Source of the DNA: Schmidtea nova
Taxonomy: Eukaryota
Assembly (NCBI GenBank): GCA_044892505.1
Contig: CM097882.1
Coordinates: 530,968,001-531,032,000, forward strand
DNA length: 64,000 bases
Reading direction: 5' to 3'
The notes beneath the pieces were generated by a model, which saw only the letters and a list, made by a program, of their open reading frames with translations, had not been told where the DNA came from and did no database searches. Position numbers and translations under genes: made by a program. Positions 40,579-51,300 of the stretch are shown piece by piece; position 1 is the stretch's first letter; every line of letters starts with the position of its first letter.

Positions 40579-42142
40579 GATACTAGAACAATACCGAATT
40601 TATAATAGTTAACAATTTAAATCAATAATTAATTATAGTAGATGTTATCTCTCATCGTGATGCCTTTATAATTTGCCTACCCCTTAGACCTTAACTGAAA
40701 TCAAGGAAAAACTGTTGTTCGTTACGGTATGCATTACTCTCGTATCTGCTTAGATTTATCTGTTTACGATCAATATTATAGTCGAAAATGGGTGATTTGT
40801 CTGCGTGGATATCGAAACACTGATACCTCAAAACGGAAACTCTCTCTCATCATGTATTCCCTAGCTTATTCGAAAACACTCTTTTGTATCAAATGCGGTC
40901 GACATAATTTTTCTAAGGTTTATTAGACGTTTATTTAGCAACTGTGCTGTAGTGAGGGTGAAAAATTGGGCCTCCTCACAGTCGAAAAATTCTTTCTTAT
41001 CCTACATCGTTAGACTTTCTCCGAAAATCGCCTCCTCGATAGCTAAAATGATTGAAAATTAGTTCCCCGGATTTGTTGGGTGTCCCATGTGCAAATCTCG
41101 ACCACTACTAATAGAATCATATTTGGTTATTTATTACTTTACCGTGTGTGGAGCCCTCGAGCACCACGCCACGGACGGACACCTTGGGAACCTAAAGCTC
41201 CCAACGGCGCAAAATTAATATATCAATATTTTTACAATTAATCGTAACAAGATTTAAATAATCAAAAATTTAATGATAACAAAAACATGCATAGTAAAAT
41301 CAATAAATCAAATTTTACCAAGTAATTCCACACAATTGATCTGATTAAGTTCGGTAGTAATACAATAGTCTGAATTAGTTTGGGGTCAAAATCGCAATCT
41401 AACAATGTCTGAATTTTTTGTCTCAACAAAAGTCTAAACTCTAAATTTCAGTCTAACAAAGTCTAAGTTGTACAAAGTCTAAATTTTAGTCTAAACTCTA
41501 GTCAAAAGTCTGATTTTATGAAAAATCTGATCAGTATTTATACTGATCAGTCGTGTCTAGACCGACCAATCAGGTTCGGCCAGTTTCATGGTGGTTTTTA
41601 ATTATTGTTTTTGATTCTAATTAATTTTTATTTTTTAGATTGTATTCTTCCTTGGAGGTCCGGGTTTCCAAAAACAATTATTCAATAACAAGTACTTTTA
41701 TTTGGTTTTAATTATTATTATTTGTATTTTATTTTGTTTTTAGATGTCTCCTGGGCCCGTTAATATCTAGAAATTCATTTATTTTTATTTATCGCTTATA
41801 CTTAGTTTATCTATATTTTAACTATATTACTCCTTTCTTTTAACAAATAAATATTCCCCTTTTTACCTTATTTTTCTCTTTTTTGTTTTAATTAATCTAC
41901 TTTTATTTCACTTTTCCCTCTATTTGGCTGGCCCAACATCACTCGAGGACCCCTAAAATTGCGTCCCGCAATTAATTATACATTTACACCTATATCATCA
42001 TACATAAAAATTAAGCAGATAAATGTCAATTTACATATACACAAAGAATCACATAAGGTGATAGATTTTATACGTAAGCACAAAGTCATATTATTGTTAA
42101 ATGTAAGTGGATCATACATACAGTGAATGTAATTTATCAGTT

Positions 42143-42754
42143 TTACACAAGCTCTTTGATTTCATGATTGGTATTGGATTGGATTGGGGTACTTTCGCTG
42201 ATTGTTCGTAGTTCGTAGAGGCTTTGGATTCGGTTGAGATGTTTTCTCATTCGTTTTTGGGTTCTGATATCTGGTATTGTTGTTCGATTCAAGATGACTT
42301 GTTTTTGTTTTAGGATCTTTACTCGGTAGGATGTTATGAGGATTGTGATCGCGATAATGGTCACGCTGAGTGCAAGGATTATTATAATTGCGATGATCCA
42401 TTTTTCTTGATATTCTATCTCTGCTTGGGCTAAGCTTTTTATGGGTTCTCGACCTTCTTTTAGGGTTTTTCTGATTGTTTTCAATTTGATTCGATGTTCA
42501 TATAGGACCTGTTGAAATTTTTCGTCGTTTGGGTTGTCTAATGTTATCTGTTGAAGTTGGGTGATTTCTTGTGTTGCTTCGCTGATTAGTTTATCTAGCT
42601 CTTGATAGGTTTTCTCGGGTAGGGCTCGTAGCTCCTTCTCTGTGAGTTGAAGATCTTCTCTTTGTAGGGTGATTGTTATTAGGTATAGGAATATCGGTAT
42701 TCTGAGCTTTTTTTTTTTTTTTTTCTTTACAGATAGGTCAATACAATTTGACAC
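42143..42754 (-). CDS. Probable single-pass membrane protein with a helical/coiled-coil ectodomain; no ATG start
   Basis: Signal-like LRIPIFLYLITITLQ after an A17 run; TM WIIAIIIILALSVTIIAITILIT; basic tail. Confidence 0.6.
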   Translation of the reverse strand: MSNCIDLSVKKKKKKKLRIPIFLYLITITLQREDLQLTEKELRALPEKTYQELDKLISEATQEITQLQQITLDNPNDEKFQQVLYEHRIKLKTIRKTLKEGREPIKSLAQAEIEYQEKWIIAIIIILALSVTIIAITILITSYRVKILKQKQVILNRTTIPDIRTQKRMRKHLNRIQSLYELRTISESTPIQSNTNHEIKELV

Positions 42755-42798
42755 TACATTTCATATAATTATTTACAAAAATATATTTTCCGCTTTAT

Positions 42799-43860
42799 TT
42801 ACACAATCGTCTCATTTGGTTCGTAGAAACCTTCGTCCTGAGGCTCTACTTGGTTCGTGGGGAGTGGTATCCAAACAACCCTGCTCCTCCACATTTCGAC
42901 TTCATCTCGATACATGTGAGATATCTGGATCTCCTCGTCCAGCAAATATTCTAGGTAATTTGCTTGTTCTGTTAATGTTTCTATTTGCTTCTCTAATTCG
43001 ATTACTTTTGTCTTTTGTTCGTCTTCTTTTATCATTTTTGTTACGGCTGCCGTTATACTTGCTTCTTTGGGTATTGCTGGTACTGTTACTCGTTTCTGTT
43101 TCAATTCTTCGTTTTCTTTCATCAAATTCGTTAAATTTTCCTCATAACTTTGTTTCTCTTCCTTTAACCTTTCTCTGGTTCTTTTTAGCTCTATTTTCTT
43201 CTGGGTAATCACTCCTTGATAACCATTTATATCTCTCTTCATCTCTTCTTCTTTCTGATTCCATATTCCGGTGAGCATAATTTTCAGTTGTTCTTGATTA
43301 GCTAGTTCTTCTCCCATTCTTTGAACTTGATAGGTTAGTCCTTTAATTTTCTTTGCTTGTTCCCGGATAAATTGCTGTCTCTTTGTATTCCATCTTTTAT
43401 TCAACACTTCTTGGTGTATTTTCTGTTCTAACTCGTCTTTTAATTCGTCGATCTCTTTATATAATTTCCAGTCATCACTATAAGCTGTCCTTTCTATTAT
43501 TTCTCTAGCTTTTTCGTAAGATTCTTTCGCTTCTTTCTTCCAGTATCTTGCTTGTTCTGTAATCGAATACATCTTGTGTTCAGCTTCCATCTGCTGTCTG
43601 TCTCTTTCCTCTCGTCGCTCTTTCATCATTCTCTGGTAATATTCCTTTTGTTGTTGTAGCATTTTGTATACTTCTTCTATTTTTTCTCGACTTCTTTGAC
43701 TTGATCTTTCCGCTTCTTTTAATAATTCGGCTTGTCTCTCTATCTCCTCTTGCTTTCCATAATATGCATTGACCCATATTTCAATCTGTTCTAGATGATC
43801 GCTAATCGCTTCTGCTTGATGCATCGTAATTTCCTGTAAGCATACTTCGATATTTCCCAT
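42799..43860 (-). CDS. 353-aa long coiled-coil protein with an N-terminal MG (possible myristoylation)
   Basis: E/K/Q/R-rich heptad-like sequence; starts MGNIEVC. Confidence 0.7.
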   Translation of the reverse strand: MGNIEVCLQEITMHQAEAISDHLEQIEIWVNAYYGKQEEIERQAELLKEAERSSQRSREKIEEVYKMLQQQKEYYQRMMKERREERDRQQMEAEHKMYSITEQARYWKKEAKESYEKAREIIERTAYSDDWKLYKEIDELKDELEQKIHQEVLNKRWNTKRQQFIREQAKKIKGLTYQVQRMGEELANQEQLKIMLTGIWNQKEEEMKRDINGYQGVITQKKIELKRTRERLKEEKQSYEENLTNLMKENEELKQKRVTVPAIPKEASITAAVTKMIKEDEQKTKVIELEKQIETLTEQANYLEYLLDEEIQISHMYRDEVEMWRSRVVWIPLPTNQVEPQDEGFYEPNETIV

Positions 43861-43973
43861 TGCTATAATTACAGAAAAAAAATTTTTTAATCGGTTTATA
43901 TCAGTTATTTTTGTTTATATAATAATTTTTGGGTATTTAACTGTACATATTATTTACATGATCACTTCTCGTT

Positions 43974-45356
43974 TTACGTCAACCATCCTTTTCTATCCGC
44001 TTTCTCGTTCCTTTCCATTTCTATATATAAGGTGTCTGCATATAATCGTTCCCATAGGCTTTCTTTCGTTATAAACATCGGTTCTCCCGCTGCTAATCCA
44101 CATTCTGTGGTTGGTTTCTCGCTCGTACTCGCATGTTTCTCTGTCTCAAAGAATTTTTCTACTGGGTTTGTTACACTTCTGATTCTTACAATGACTCCTA
44201 CTTTCAAGGGCCATTTTACTAGGTCGTCGTATTCTCCTTTACATAGCGAGAAAAATATTGACACATGTGTTCCCCGTCCTCTTCCGTCTCCATTTGGGTA
44301 TAGCTTCAATCTCACTTTAGCTCCGTTTCTCCATAAATAAAATGGTGGGCTTATTACTGCTGTTTTCGTCATATTTCTGGCCTCTGTTAATTTGTCTCTA
44401 AAATCTGTCACTTTCCACACATATGGTGCTATTGGTAGCTTTTCCTCGGTATCCTGTGTGAGTTTGTTGTACTGGATTTTCATTCCTTTAGCCAATTCTT
44501 CGATAGCTTTTATCTTTTTCTCCATCTTTTCTCGTGTTAGTTCGAATTGCTCTCTGGTTTCCAACAGTAGGTTTACCATTATCTTGTGTGACTCTATTTC
44601 TTTTTCTAATTTTTTGATCGTTTGTTCGGTTTCTTTTGTTGCTTCGTTTGTCAATTCCGCATGCTTTAGCAATGCTTCCTCCAGATGTTGTTTTATGGTT
44701 TGTTGCGTTCTTTTCTCCATACATCCCTGTTTGTTATAAGGACATTCCCTTGGTTTCTCCGTGCACACTTTCCAATGTTCTTGTAATTTTACTTCTACCG
44801 TTATCTCGCATTCGTTTGAACATATTCCTACATATTGTCTACATACTTTCTCCTCTTTTACATTCAGGTGTTCTTCTTCGATCTTTCTCCTCGTTTCTCG
44901 AGTTCCACAATATTCACATAGACTTTCCTCTTCTTTACATTCATCTTTGTGCTGCTCTTTATTCTTTATAGTTATTTTTTGTTGGCATTTGTTACATTCA
45001 GTTCTCTTCTCTTCGCAGTTCTCCAGATGGTTCTCGAGATCGCGTATTTGTCCTTGCCATATACATGGTTGATTTATACATTCGGTTTTCGTGTTCATGA
45101 TTTCTCTCTGAGTTGCTCTATCTGGTCCGGTTTCTTCGAATTTTATTTGTCCTTCTTTGCATTCTGGACATTCTGGTGGTTTTTTCATACTTAACTCGTG
45201 TATGCATTTGGTACATACCCTGCATCCGCATAGGGTTTGTCTTGGTTTCAATATTATGTTTTTACAATTTACACAAGTGAGTCTCTGACTCCATTTCCTG
45301 TTCTCGGCTCTCAAAATTTCGATTATCCGCTCTTCGGCTTTTCCTTCTGTATTCAT
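43974..45356 (-). CDS. TRAF: Full-length intronless TRAF homologue (RING, TRAF zinc fingers, coiled coil, MATH/TRAF-C)
   Basis: RING CVNC..IL.KPRQTLCGCRVCTKC..CPEC; zinc fingers CINQPCIWQG..HLENC and CPYNKQGC; MATH YVWKV..F...SPPFY..G.KVRLKLYPNGDGRGRGTHVSIFF.L.KGEYD..VKWP. Confidence 0.92.
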   Translation of the reverse strand: MNTEGKAEERIIEILRAENRKWSQRLTCVNCKNIILKPRQTLCGCRVCTKCIHELSMKKPPECPECKEGQIKFEETGPDRATQREIMNTKTECINQPCIWQGQIRDLENHLENCEEKRTECNKCQQKITIKNKEQHKDECKEEESLCEYCGTRETRRKIEEEHLNVKEEKVCRQYVGICSNECEITVEVKLQEHWKVCTEKPRECPYNKQGCMEKRTQQTIKQHLEEALLKHAELTNEATKETEQTIKKLEKEIESHKIMVNLLLETREQFELTREKMEKKIKAIEELAKGMKIQYNKLTQDTEEKLPIAPYVWKVTDFRDKLTEARNMTKTAVISPPFYLWRNGAKVRLKLYPNGDGRGRGTHVSIFFSLCKGEYDDLVKWPLKVGVIVRIRSVTNPVEKFFETEKHASTSEKPTTECGLAAGEPMFITKESLWERLYADTLYIEMERNEKADRKGWLT

Positions 45357-45447
45357 TCTACAATGATATATACACTTAATTTGCTATCTATTTTTTGATT
45401 TTTCTTGTTTTTGTTTTTACATATTTACAATTTTTCGCTTTATTTAT

Positions 45448-45804
45448 CTACGGCTCGTTTGTTGAATCTGGTTCTGGGTCATTTTCTGATCTGTTTATTG
45501 CCCAATTTGTCCATCCATCCTCTGCTTCTTCTGTCTCTCCCATTGTTAAACGGTCTATCTCTATTGCTTGCCTTTGGTTTATGTCGCTTATCACTTGATT
45601 CTCTCTGGTAAGTTGCGTTATCAATCTCTGTTGCTCCTCGATTCTGTGGAGTTGTTCAAAACTATTATTATAACTTTCGGATAACAAATTCTGTTTCTCA
45701 ATTAACTGATTTTGTAGTGAGTTGATTGTTCGTATTAACATGTCACACTGGGCTTTCCATCGCATAGCCATAGTAGTTTCTGCTATTTCTTCCTGTTCGT
45801 TCAT
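45448..45804 (-). CDS. 118-aa coiled-coil protein of unknown function
   Basis: ATG ORF with a TAG acceptor 3 nt upstream; heptad-like, acidic C-terminus. Confidence 0.55.
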   Translation of the reverse strand: MNEQEEIAETTMAMRWKAQCDMLIRTINSLQNQLIEKQNLLSESYNNSFEQLHRIEEQQRLITQLTRENQVISDINQRQAIEIDRLTMGETEEAEDGWTNWAINRSENDPEPDSTNEP

Positions 45805-45929
45805 TTTCTAAATTATATACATTAATCGTTTTCTCGATTTCTCTTTTTATATTTTTATAATATCGATACCCATACTATTACGGTAATGCATTGTTATTTA
45901 CACTATTATTTACAGTCATATCCCGCCTC

Positions 45930-48392
45930 CTATATCACCATCACTGTCTTTCCTTCGTACCGCTCTTCATCTTCTATTTGTCTCCAAAATTCTTTACCTT
46001 TCGTCCTCCTTTGAAATTCTTTCTGTACTTCTTCCGGTAATTCTATTCTGTAGTTCATAATTTTTATATCTGGCCAATGTGTTATTGGTTTCTTGTTGAG
46101 TACATCGTATATCCATATTATTAATAACACTGTTATTACTGGAATAGTTGCTGCTAGTATTCCTAGACCAATTAGTTCTCTAACTTGTTTGTTTACATCC
46201 ATCTTCGTAATTTCACTCTGGTTAATCATTGGTCCGTATTGTCCCTTTAGTTTATTTAGTAGTTGTTCTCGTTCTTGTTGTTTTCTTTTAACTTCTTTAA
46301 TTACTTCTTCCGGCGTCCATCTTGCGTAAGGGTCTATTACTACTTGTTCTGCGTCCATTTGTTTCGTTGTCTGACTTAATTCTTTAAATTCGAGTTTTCT
46401 CACTTTCCCTTTGGATGTTGAGTTTACCGGTGTGTAGTACGTTTTGCATCTTTCCTGCTGATTACCCAGTATGTCCGTCTTTTCTATCGCACATATCTCG
46501 TATTCGCTATTGAATTTCAGATTTCTGATACTTATTTCCTCTTTTCCTTTCACGTTTCCACAGTCTCGTGGCTGTCTTTCCCTTTGTTTCTGAACTATTA
46601 CCCAACATATTTCTAACGTTTTATTGTCTATTCTCCATAGTATAAGAGTTGCTGTAGTATTCTTTTCGGTTTTTATTTGTATTTCTTGGTTTTTCTGTTG
46701 TCCATTAGGTTTAAAGGTAGTGGTATACCTCGCTTTTCCTTTGTTCCGTTGTCTTCTACTTTTTTGCGTTGTCTTTCCAGCTCTTGTTCTGGTGGGTGTT
46801 TTATATAATTTGCATTCCAATTCATTTACTGTTATTTTGTCGCTTTTCCTAATCAGGCATATTTCGTACGTTTGATTGCTTTCTAATCCTTCTATCTGTA
46901 TTGTGGTTGTTCCTCTGTTTGTTCGACATTGCGGCGGTGTATTCTGGTTTGTTTTCTTTTCCTGCTTCTTCCAGCATACGCCTTTGACGTCCGGTTCTAT
47001 TCCGGTTAACTCTAACATTATAGTTGTTCTCCGTTTGGTGCGTATATTTCTTCTTCTTCTTCTTATGAACTTTATTGCTTCCCCGGGTTGAAATGTTTTA
47101 CAAATGGTCGTTCCTTTCTTGTGTCGTTCTTTTTCTAGTAAACATAGTTCATACGTCCTGTCTGCTTTTACTTTCGATATCTTGGTTACTTTATTTGTTT
47201 TCCTTTTCCGACTCGTCTTTATTTCGCTTATGCCAATTTCTTCGTTGTTTCGGGCCCAACACTTTAGGTTGGTATTTTGTGTATCGTTCATCTCTGTTAC
47301 TGCCATTGTGTCAATGTCTATCCCTTCTTCTAACCGTTTTAACATTGTTAATATGAGTGCTAAACATAGTAATTCTGTTTGATAGGTCACTCTTTCGGTT
47401 TCATTTGTGGTTACTCTTACTTCGGGCTTGTCTATTGTAATTCGTATAGTTGGCGTTGTTCGTCTATCTATTGTCTGGGGTTTTTTGTTTTTTGTTCCTT
47501 GGGTCTCTGTTTTTCCACACTTTCCTACGACGTAGTCTCCTTTGGATGTCTGCTGTACTGTTATGGTTACTTTGGGCGTTAGGTAGTTTGCACATGCGAT
47601 TGTGTTGTGTGATCTTGGATTCTTTTGTTTTCTGATGGTGCATATTTTGTACCAAGTATCTAGCTCTAAGTCATCGATCTCTATGATTTCTTGTTCGTAT
47701 TCTGAGATCCTGCAATCCATTGGACTATTTTGTCCCGATATTTTGTCCTTTTTCGACCAACATACTCGTTCGATTCCTTTTGCGTTTCTAATTTGTATTG
47801 TCGCTCTTTCTTCACATATCATTCCTTGAGTTGGACTAATTAAGGTCATGATTACCGTTAGTAATAATAGTTCTGGTTTAAAGAATGGGTTTATTGTTTG
47901 TTTGTAGCCTGTTCTTTTTGCTTCGTTTTTATTTTTATAGTTGTTGTTTCTTTGTTTCTCAAATTCGTTTTTCTTATCATTTTTCTCTGTGTTCCTTCCT
48001 TTCTCTTCACTGTCCTCTTTATCTGATAACTCGTGATCCTCTGTATTTTCTCGAGTACTATCGTCGTTGCTTCCTGTATTGTCGCCTCCCCTTTGGTCGC
48101 TGAAAATGTCGTCCTCGACATTAATTGCTTCTATCATTTTTTCATACGTTATGGTTGTGAGTATACTTGCTTCATATTCTTGTGTTTCTGCCTGCTTAGG
48201 TATTTCATTATCGGTTAATTTACAATCTAGAATCTCTTTCTTGGCTTTTATCCAATTTTGAGGTACGTTTTCATTAGTTCTTTCCATTTGTCCGTACGTT
48301 CTGTTTCCTTTGGGTTGTTTGTGAATCGTAAATCTTTTCTTCTCATGAAGATGTCTATTATCTTTGGCCATTTGTTTATTATTAATGCACAC
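45930..48392 (-). CDS. Type I membrane protein with internal signal, four FN3-like repeats and a TM; probably the frameshifted C-terminus of the polyprotein
   Basis: Signal LLLLTVIMTLISPTQG; four repeats of W...I.xLxxxxxYxIC...C..(Y/F)x(T/Q)P; TM LIGLGILAATIPVITVLLIIWIY. Overlaps the pol stop, and one extra A at 48256-48259 would join the two. Confidence 0.75.
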   Translation of the reverse strand: MCINNKQMAKDNRHLHEKKRFTIHKQPKGNRTYGQMERTNENVPQNWIKAKKEILDCKLTDNEIPKQAETQEYEASILTTITYEKMIEAINVEDDIFSDQRGGDNTGSNDDSTRENTEDHELSDKEDSEEKGRNTEKNDKKNEFEKQRNNNYKNKNEAKRTGYKQTINPFFKPELLLLTVIMTLISPTQGMICEERATIQIRNAKGIERVCWSKKDKISGQNSPMDCRISEYEQEIIEIDDLELDTWYKICTIRKQKNPRSHNTIACANYLTPKVTITVQQTSKGDYVVGKCGKTETQGTKNKKPQTIDRRTTPTIRITIDKPEVRVTTNETERVTYQTELLCLALILTMLKRLEEGIDIDTMAVTEMNDTQNTNLKCWARNNEEIGISEIKTSRKRKTNKVTKISKVKADRTYELCLLEKERHKKGTTICKTFQPGEAIKFIRRRRRNIRTKRRTTIMLELTGIEPDVKGVCWKKQEKKTNQNTPPQCRTNRGTTTIQIEGLESNQTYEICLIRKSDKITVNELECKLYKTPTRTRAGKTTQKSRRQRNKGKARYTTTFKPNGQQKNQEIQIKTEKNTTATLILWRIDNKTLEICWVIVQKQRERQPRDCGNVKGKEEISIRNLKFNSEYEICAIEKTDILGNQQERCKTYYTPVNSTSKGKVRKLEFKELSQTTKQMDAEQVVIDPYARWTPEEVIKEVKRKQQEREQLLNKLKGQYGPMINQSEITKMDVNKQVRELIGLGILAATIPVITVLLIIWIYDVLNKKPITHWPDIKIMNYRIELPEEVQKEFQRRTKGKEFWRQIEDEERYEGKTVMVI

Positions 48393-51300
48393 TTTATATA
48401 CAAATTTTGGCCTTGTTCCATGAACTCGTTGATCCTGAATGCTGGTTCATTGGTGTTTGGGTTCATCCAATTGAGTATTGCTTCGGTTAGTTCAGCGTTA
48501 TGCATCATGGAATGTACGCTAGCTTTTTTAACTGTCCTTGTAAGGTATTCTATTTCCTCCTGATTTGTGATTGTTTTTATAAAATTTATCACTTCCCAAT
48601 TGTGTGTTAACAACGCTACGTCTAGTATCGAGCTGTCTTTGTTCGTTCTTCCCATGAGTCCTGGACCTGCTTCGTACAGTTCCTGTAACACTCGGGTTTT
48701 TGTGTTCGCTCTTGCTGCGAATATCATGAAGGTATCTCCCTTTTTATCTTTCATGTTCATGTCACTTCCGCAATCTTGCATCAACCGTGCAATTTCGACT
48801 ATCCTCCTCTCTTTTCTTGCTCGTAAGGCTCTATGTATTGGCAATACTCCATTCTTGGTTAATAAGAAAGTCACTGGCATTTCTCTTTTTATGGTCATCA
48901 TATCGTTTTCATTGTAAGTTCCTTCCGCGTATGCGTGTACCTTTTCCACAATTGCTCCGAGTATCTCCAGTGTATGTTTAGAATTTTCGAATTCTGGTAA
49001 TAGTTCTTTTGCTTTGTCCTGTATCGCATCTAACCTTTCTTGATATGGTACTTCTGCGTTGAAAAGTGGTGTAAATTTCCTTTCGCTTTCTCTTTCCTTT
49101 CGACATAGGAATTGTTTGCATTTCTCGGGGTGGTTTAATATGTCTATTAGTTTGTCATACTCCTCCTCCACCGTTTTGTATTTGTCTTGAAAATTGGATA
49201 TATCTTTGTAAGTTATCGTCTTGGTTAGCGATTTTGCACACCATTCCCTAATTTTCCTGAATAATGCTTCTTTTTCACTTTCGAATTTACATTCCTCTTT
49301 GTTTTCGGAAATTATGATATTTCCTCTGTCTAATAACATTAACAGTGTTTTCTGATCACAAACTAATTTTAATAGGAATTGTAATAACGCGTTTTGTCCT
49401 TCACTGTATACCTCGTTTATATTTAACACCCATGTATCATTTTCGGATCTTTTCCATTTTATTAGCTTGCGTATTGTTTTGCAGTTACCGATTTTTATTG
49501 CTTCCTTTATTATATCACCCTTGATCAGTTCGTCTATTTCCCAAGTGGTCTTTTCGATTATTTGTTTGAGCATTATCTGATTTGAGCTCCATATTGCGTG
49601 ATTCAAGACTGTTTTGTTTTCTCTATCGCGTTCCGTCCAGTTGAAATTGGCATTTATCAAAAGGTCTATTATTGCTTTATCCGATTTGTAGATGGCTGCT
49701 ACCATTAAAGGTGTTTCTTGTTCGCTATTCCCAAAACCAAGGTGTTGATTTGTTTCCTTTGCGATTTTTAGAAATTCTTTTACTCTCTCTACTTCTCCCC
49801 ATTTTATGGCATTATGTAATGCTGGTTGTCCTCCTATGTCTTGTAGTGAAAGTATTTCTGGAATTTTTTCCAGTAGTTCTGAAATGACTGATTTTGTTGG
49901 TAGTCCCCTTGCGTAATCACTAATTATCAATTGTATATCTCTTAATATATCGTCTCTGACATGCCATTTTCCCATTATTTCTCTGGCTTTTAGTACAATT
50001 TCCTTGTTTCTTTTTTCTTGTTGATTGTTTTCTGCTTCGGTACTTTCATTGGTTGCTCTGAGCATATTCATTCTGGCTGTCTGGGATCTGGTTATTATTC
50101 GTTCTTCTGGCGCTGTGGTTATTGTTTTTGGTACTTTCTTACATCTGCATGTATTAACGTATATTGGTCGTATCAATGGTCGATTAACAAGTTTTACCTT
50201 CACATTGTTTTCCTTTTTGTATATAACTTCGTAAGGGCCTTTTCCTGGTCTTTGTAGTTTTTTAACGGTTCCTGGTATTATTTCTGGGGTTTCTATCATT
50301 ACCCAATCTCCGGGTTTAAGATAATTTGTTTTAACGTTTTTCTTTTGATCGTGTAGGTCCTTGTAACTTTCTTGATAAAACTTTATGTTTAGTTCTGCTG
50401 TCTTCCATATCTCTTGCATTCGTTCTTTGAATTTGGTGACGTAATCATCTTCCTCCATATATTGAGACAAAGGTGGTTGATATTCAAGATCTATTGGCAT
50501 ATTGCATTCCCTTCCATACATTAATTGGAATGGACTCAATTTTGTTGCTGCGTGTATCGACATTCGGTATGCCATTAGACATAGCTTTATGTACTCATCC
50601 CAATCTGTTTGGTGTTTGCTTACATAATTGGATAACATTCGAATCAATGTGCCGTTAAATCTTTCCGTTTGTCCATTGGTTTGCGGGTGATATGGTGACG
50701 TTCGTAATTTGGCTATTCTGAAGTAGTTTGTTACCTCGTCTAATATTTCGCTCATAAAATTCGTCCCTTGATCTGTCAGTATTTGTTTAGGGGTTCCATA
50801 TCGACAACATATTTCCTCTACTAAAATTCTTGCTACTGTCTTTGATTTTTGATCCGGCATCGCAAATGCCTCAGGAAATTTAGTTAAATAATCCGTTATT
50901 ACCAATATATATTGATTCCCGTTTAAACTTTCTGGTAATGGTCCTATTACATCCATCGCAATGGTAGTCATTGGTTCCGCTGGTATTGGCATGGGTTTTA
51001 AGGGATTTTTCCATTTCTTCCCACTATCCTTTCTTGTGGCACAAGTTAAACAGTTCTTTATCCATTCCTTTACGTCCTCGTCCATTGTTGGCCAATAATA
51101 TTTTTGTCTCATGCGATCTAATGTTTTCTTATCGGACATATGTCCTCCTAGCTTTCCGTCGTGGTATTGAGTTATTATCTCTTTTCGTCTATTACCTGGC
51201 AGACACATTAATCGTTTCTCTCCATCTCGTATTAATAACCATCCTTTTTCTATTGTGTATCGATGTTGGTATTTCCTCATGTGTTCTTTTAACTCCGCAT

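Larger units (their letters stand above)
38628..45918 (-). repeat. 3' LTR; left end certain, right end tentative (candidate start TGACTG/TGTAAA at 45918/45914, giving ~7.3 kb)
   Basis: The left end matches 63919-64000. The best PPT-like tract (AGGAGGCGGGA, 45921-45931 minus) follows the polyprotein stop directly. Length cannot be confirmed because the other LTR is cut off. Confidence 0.45.
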
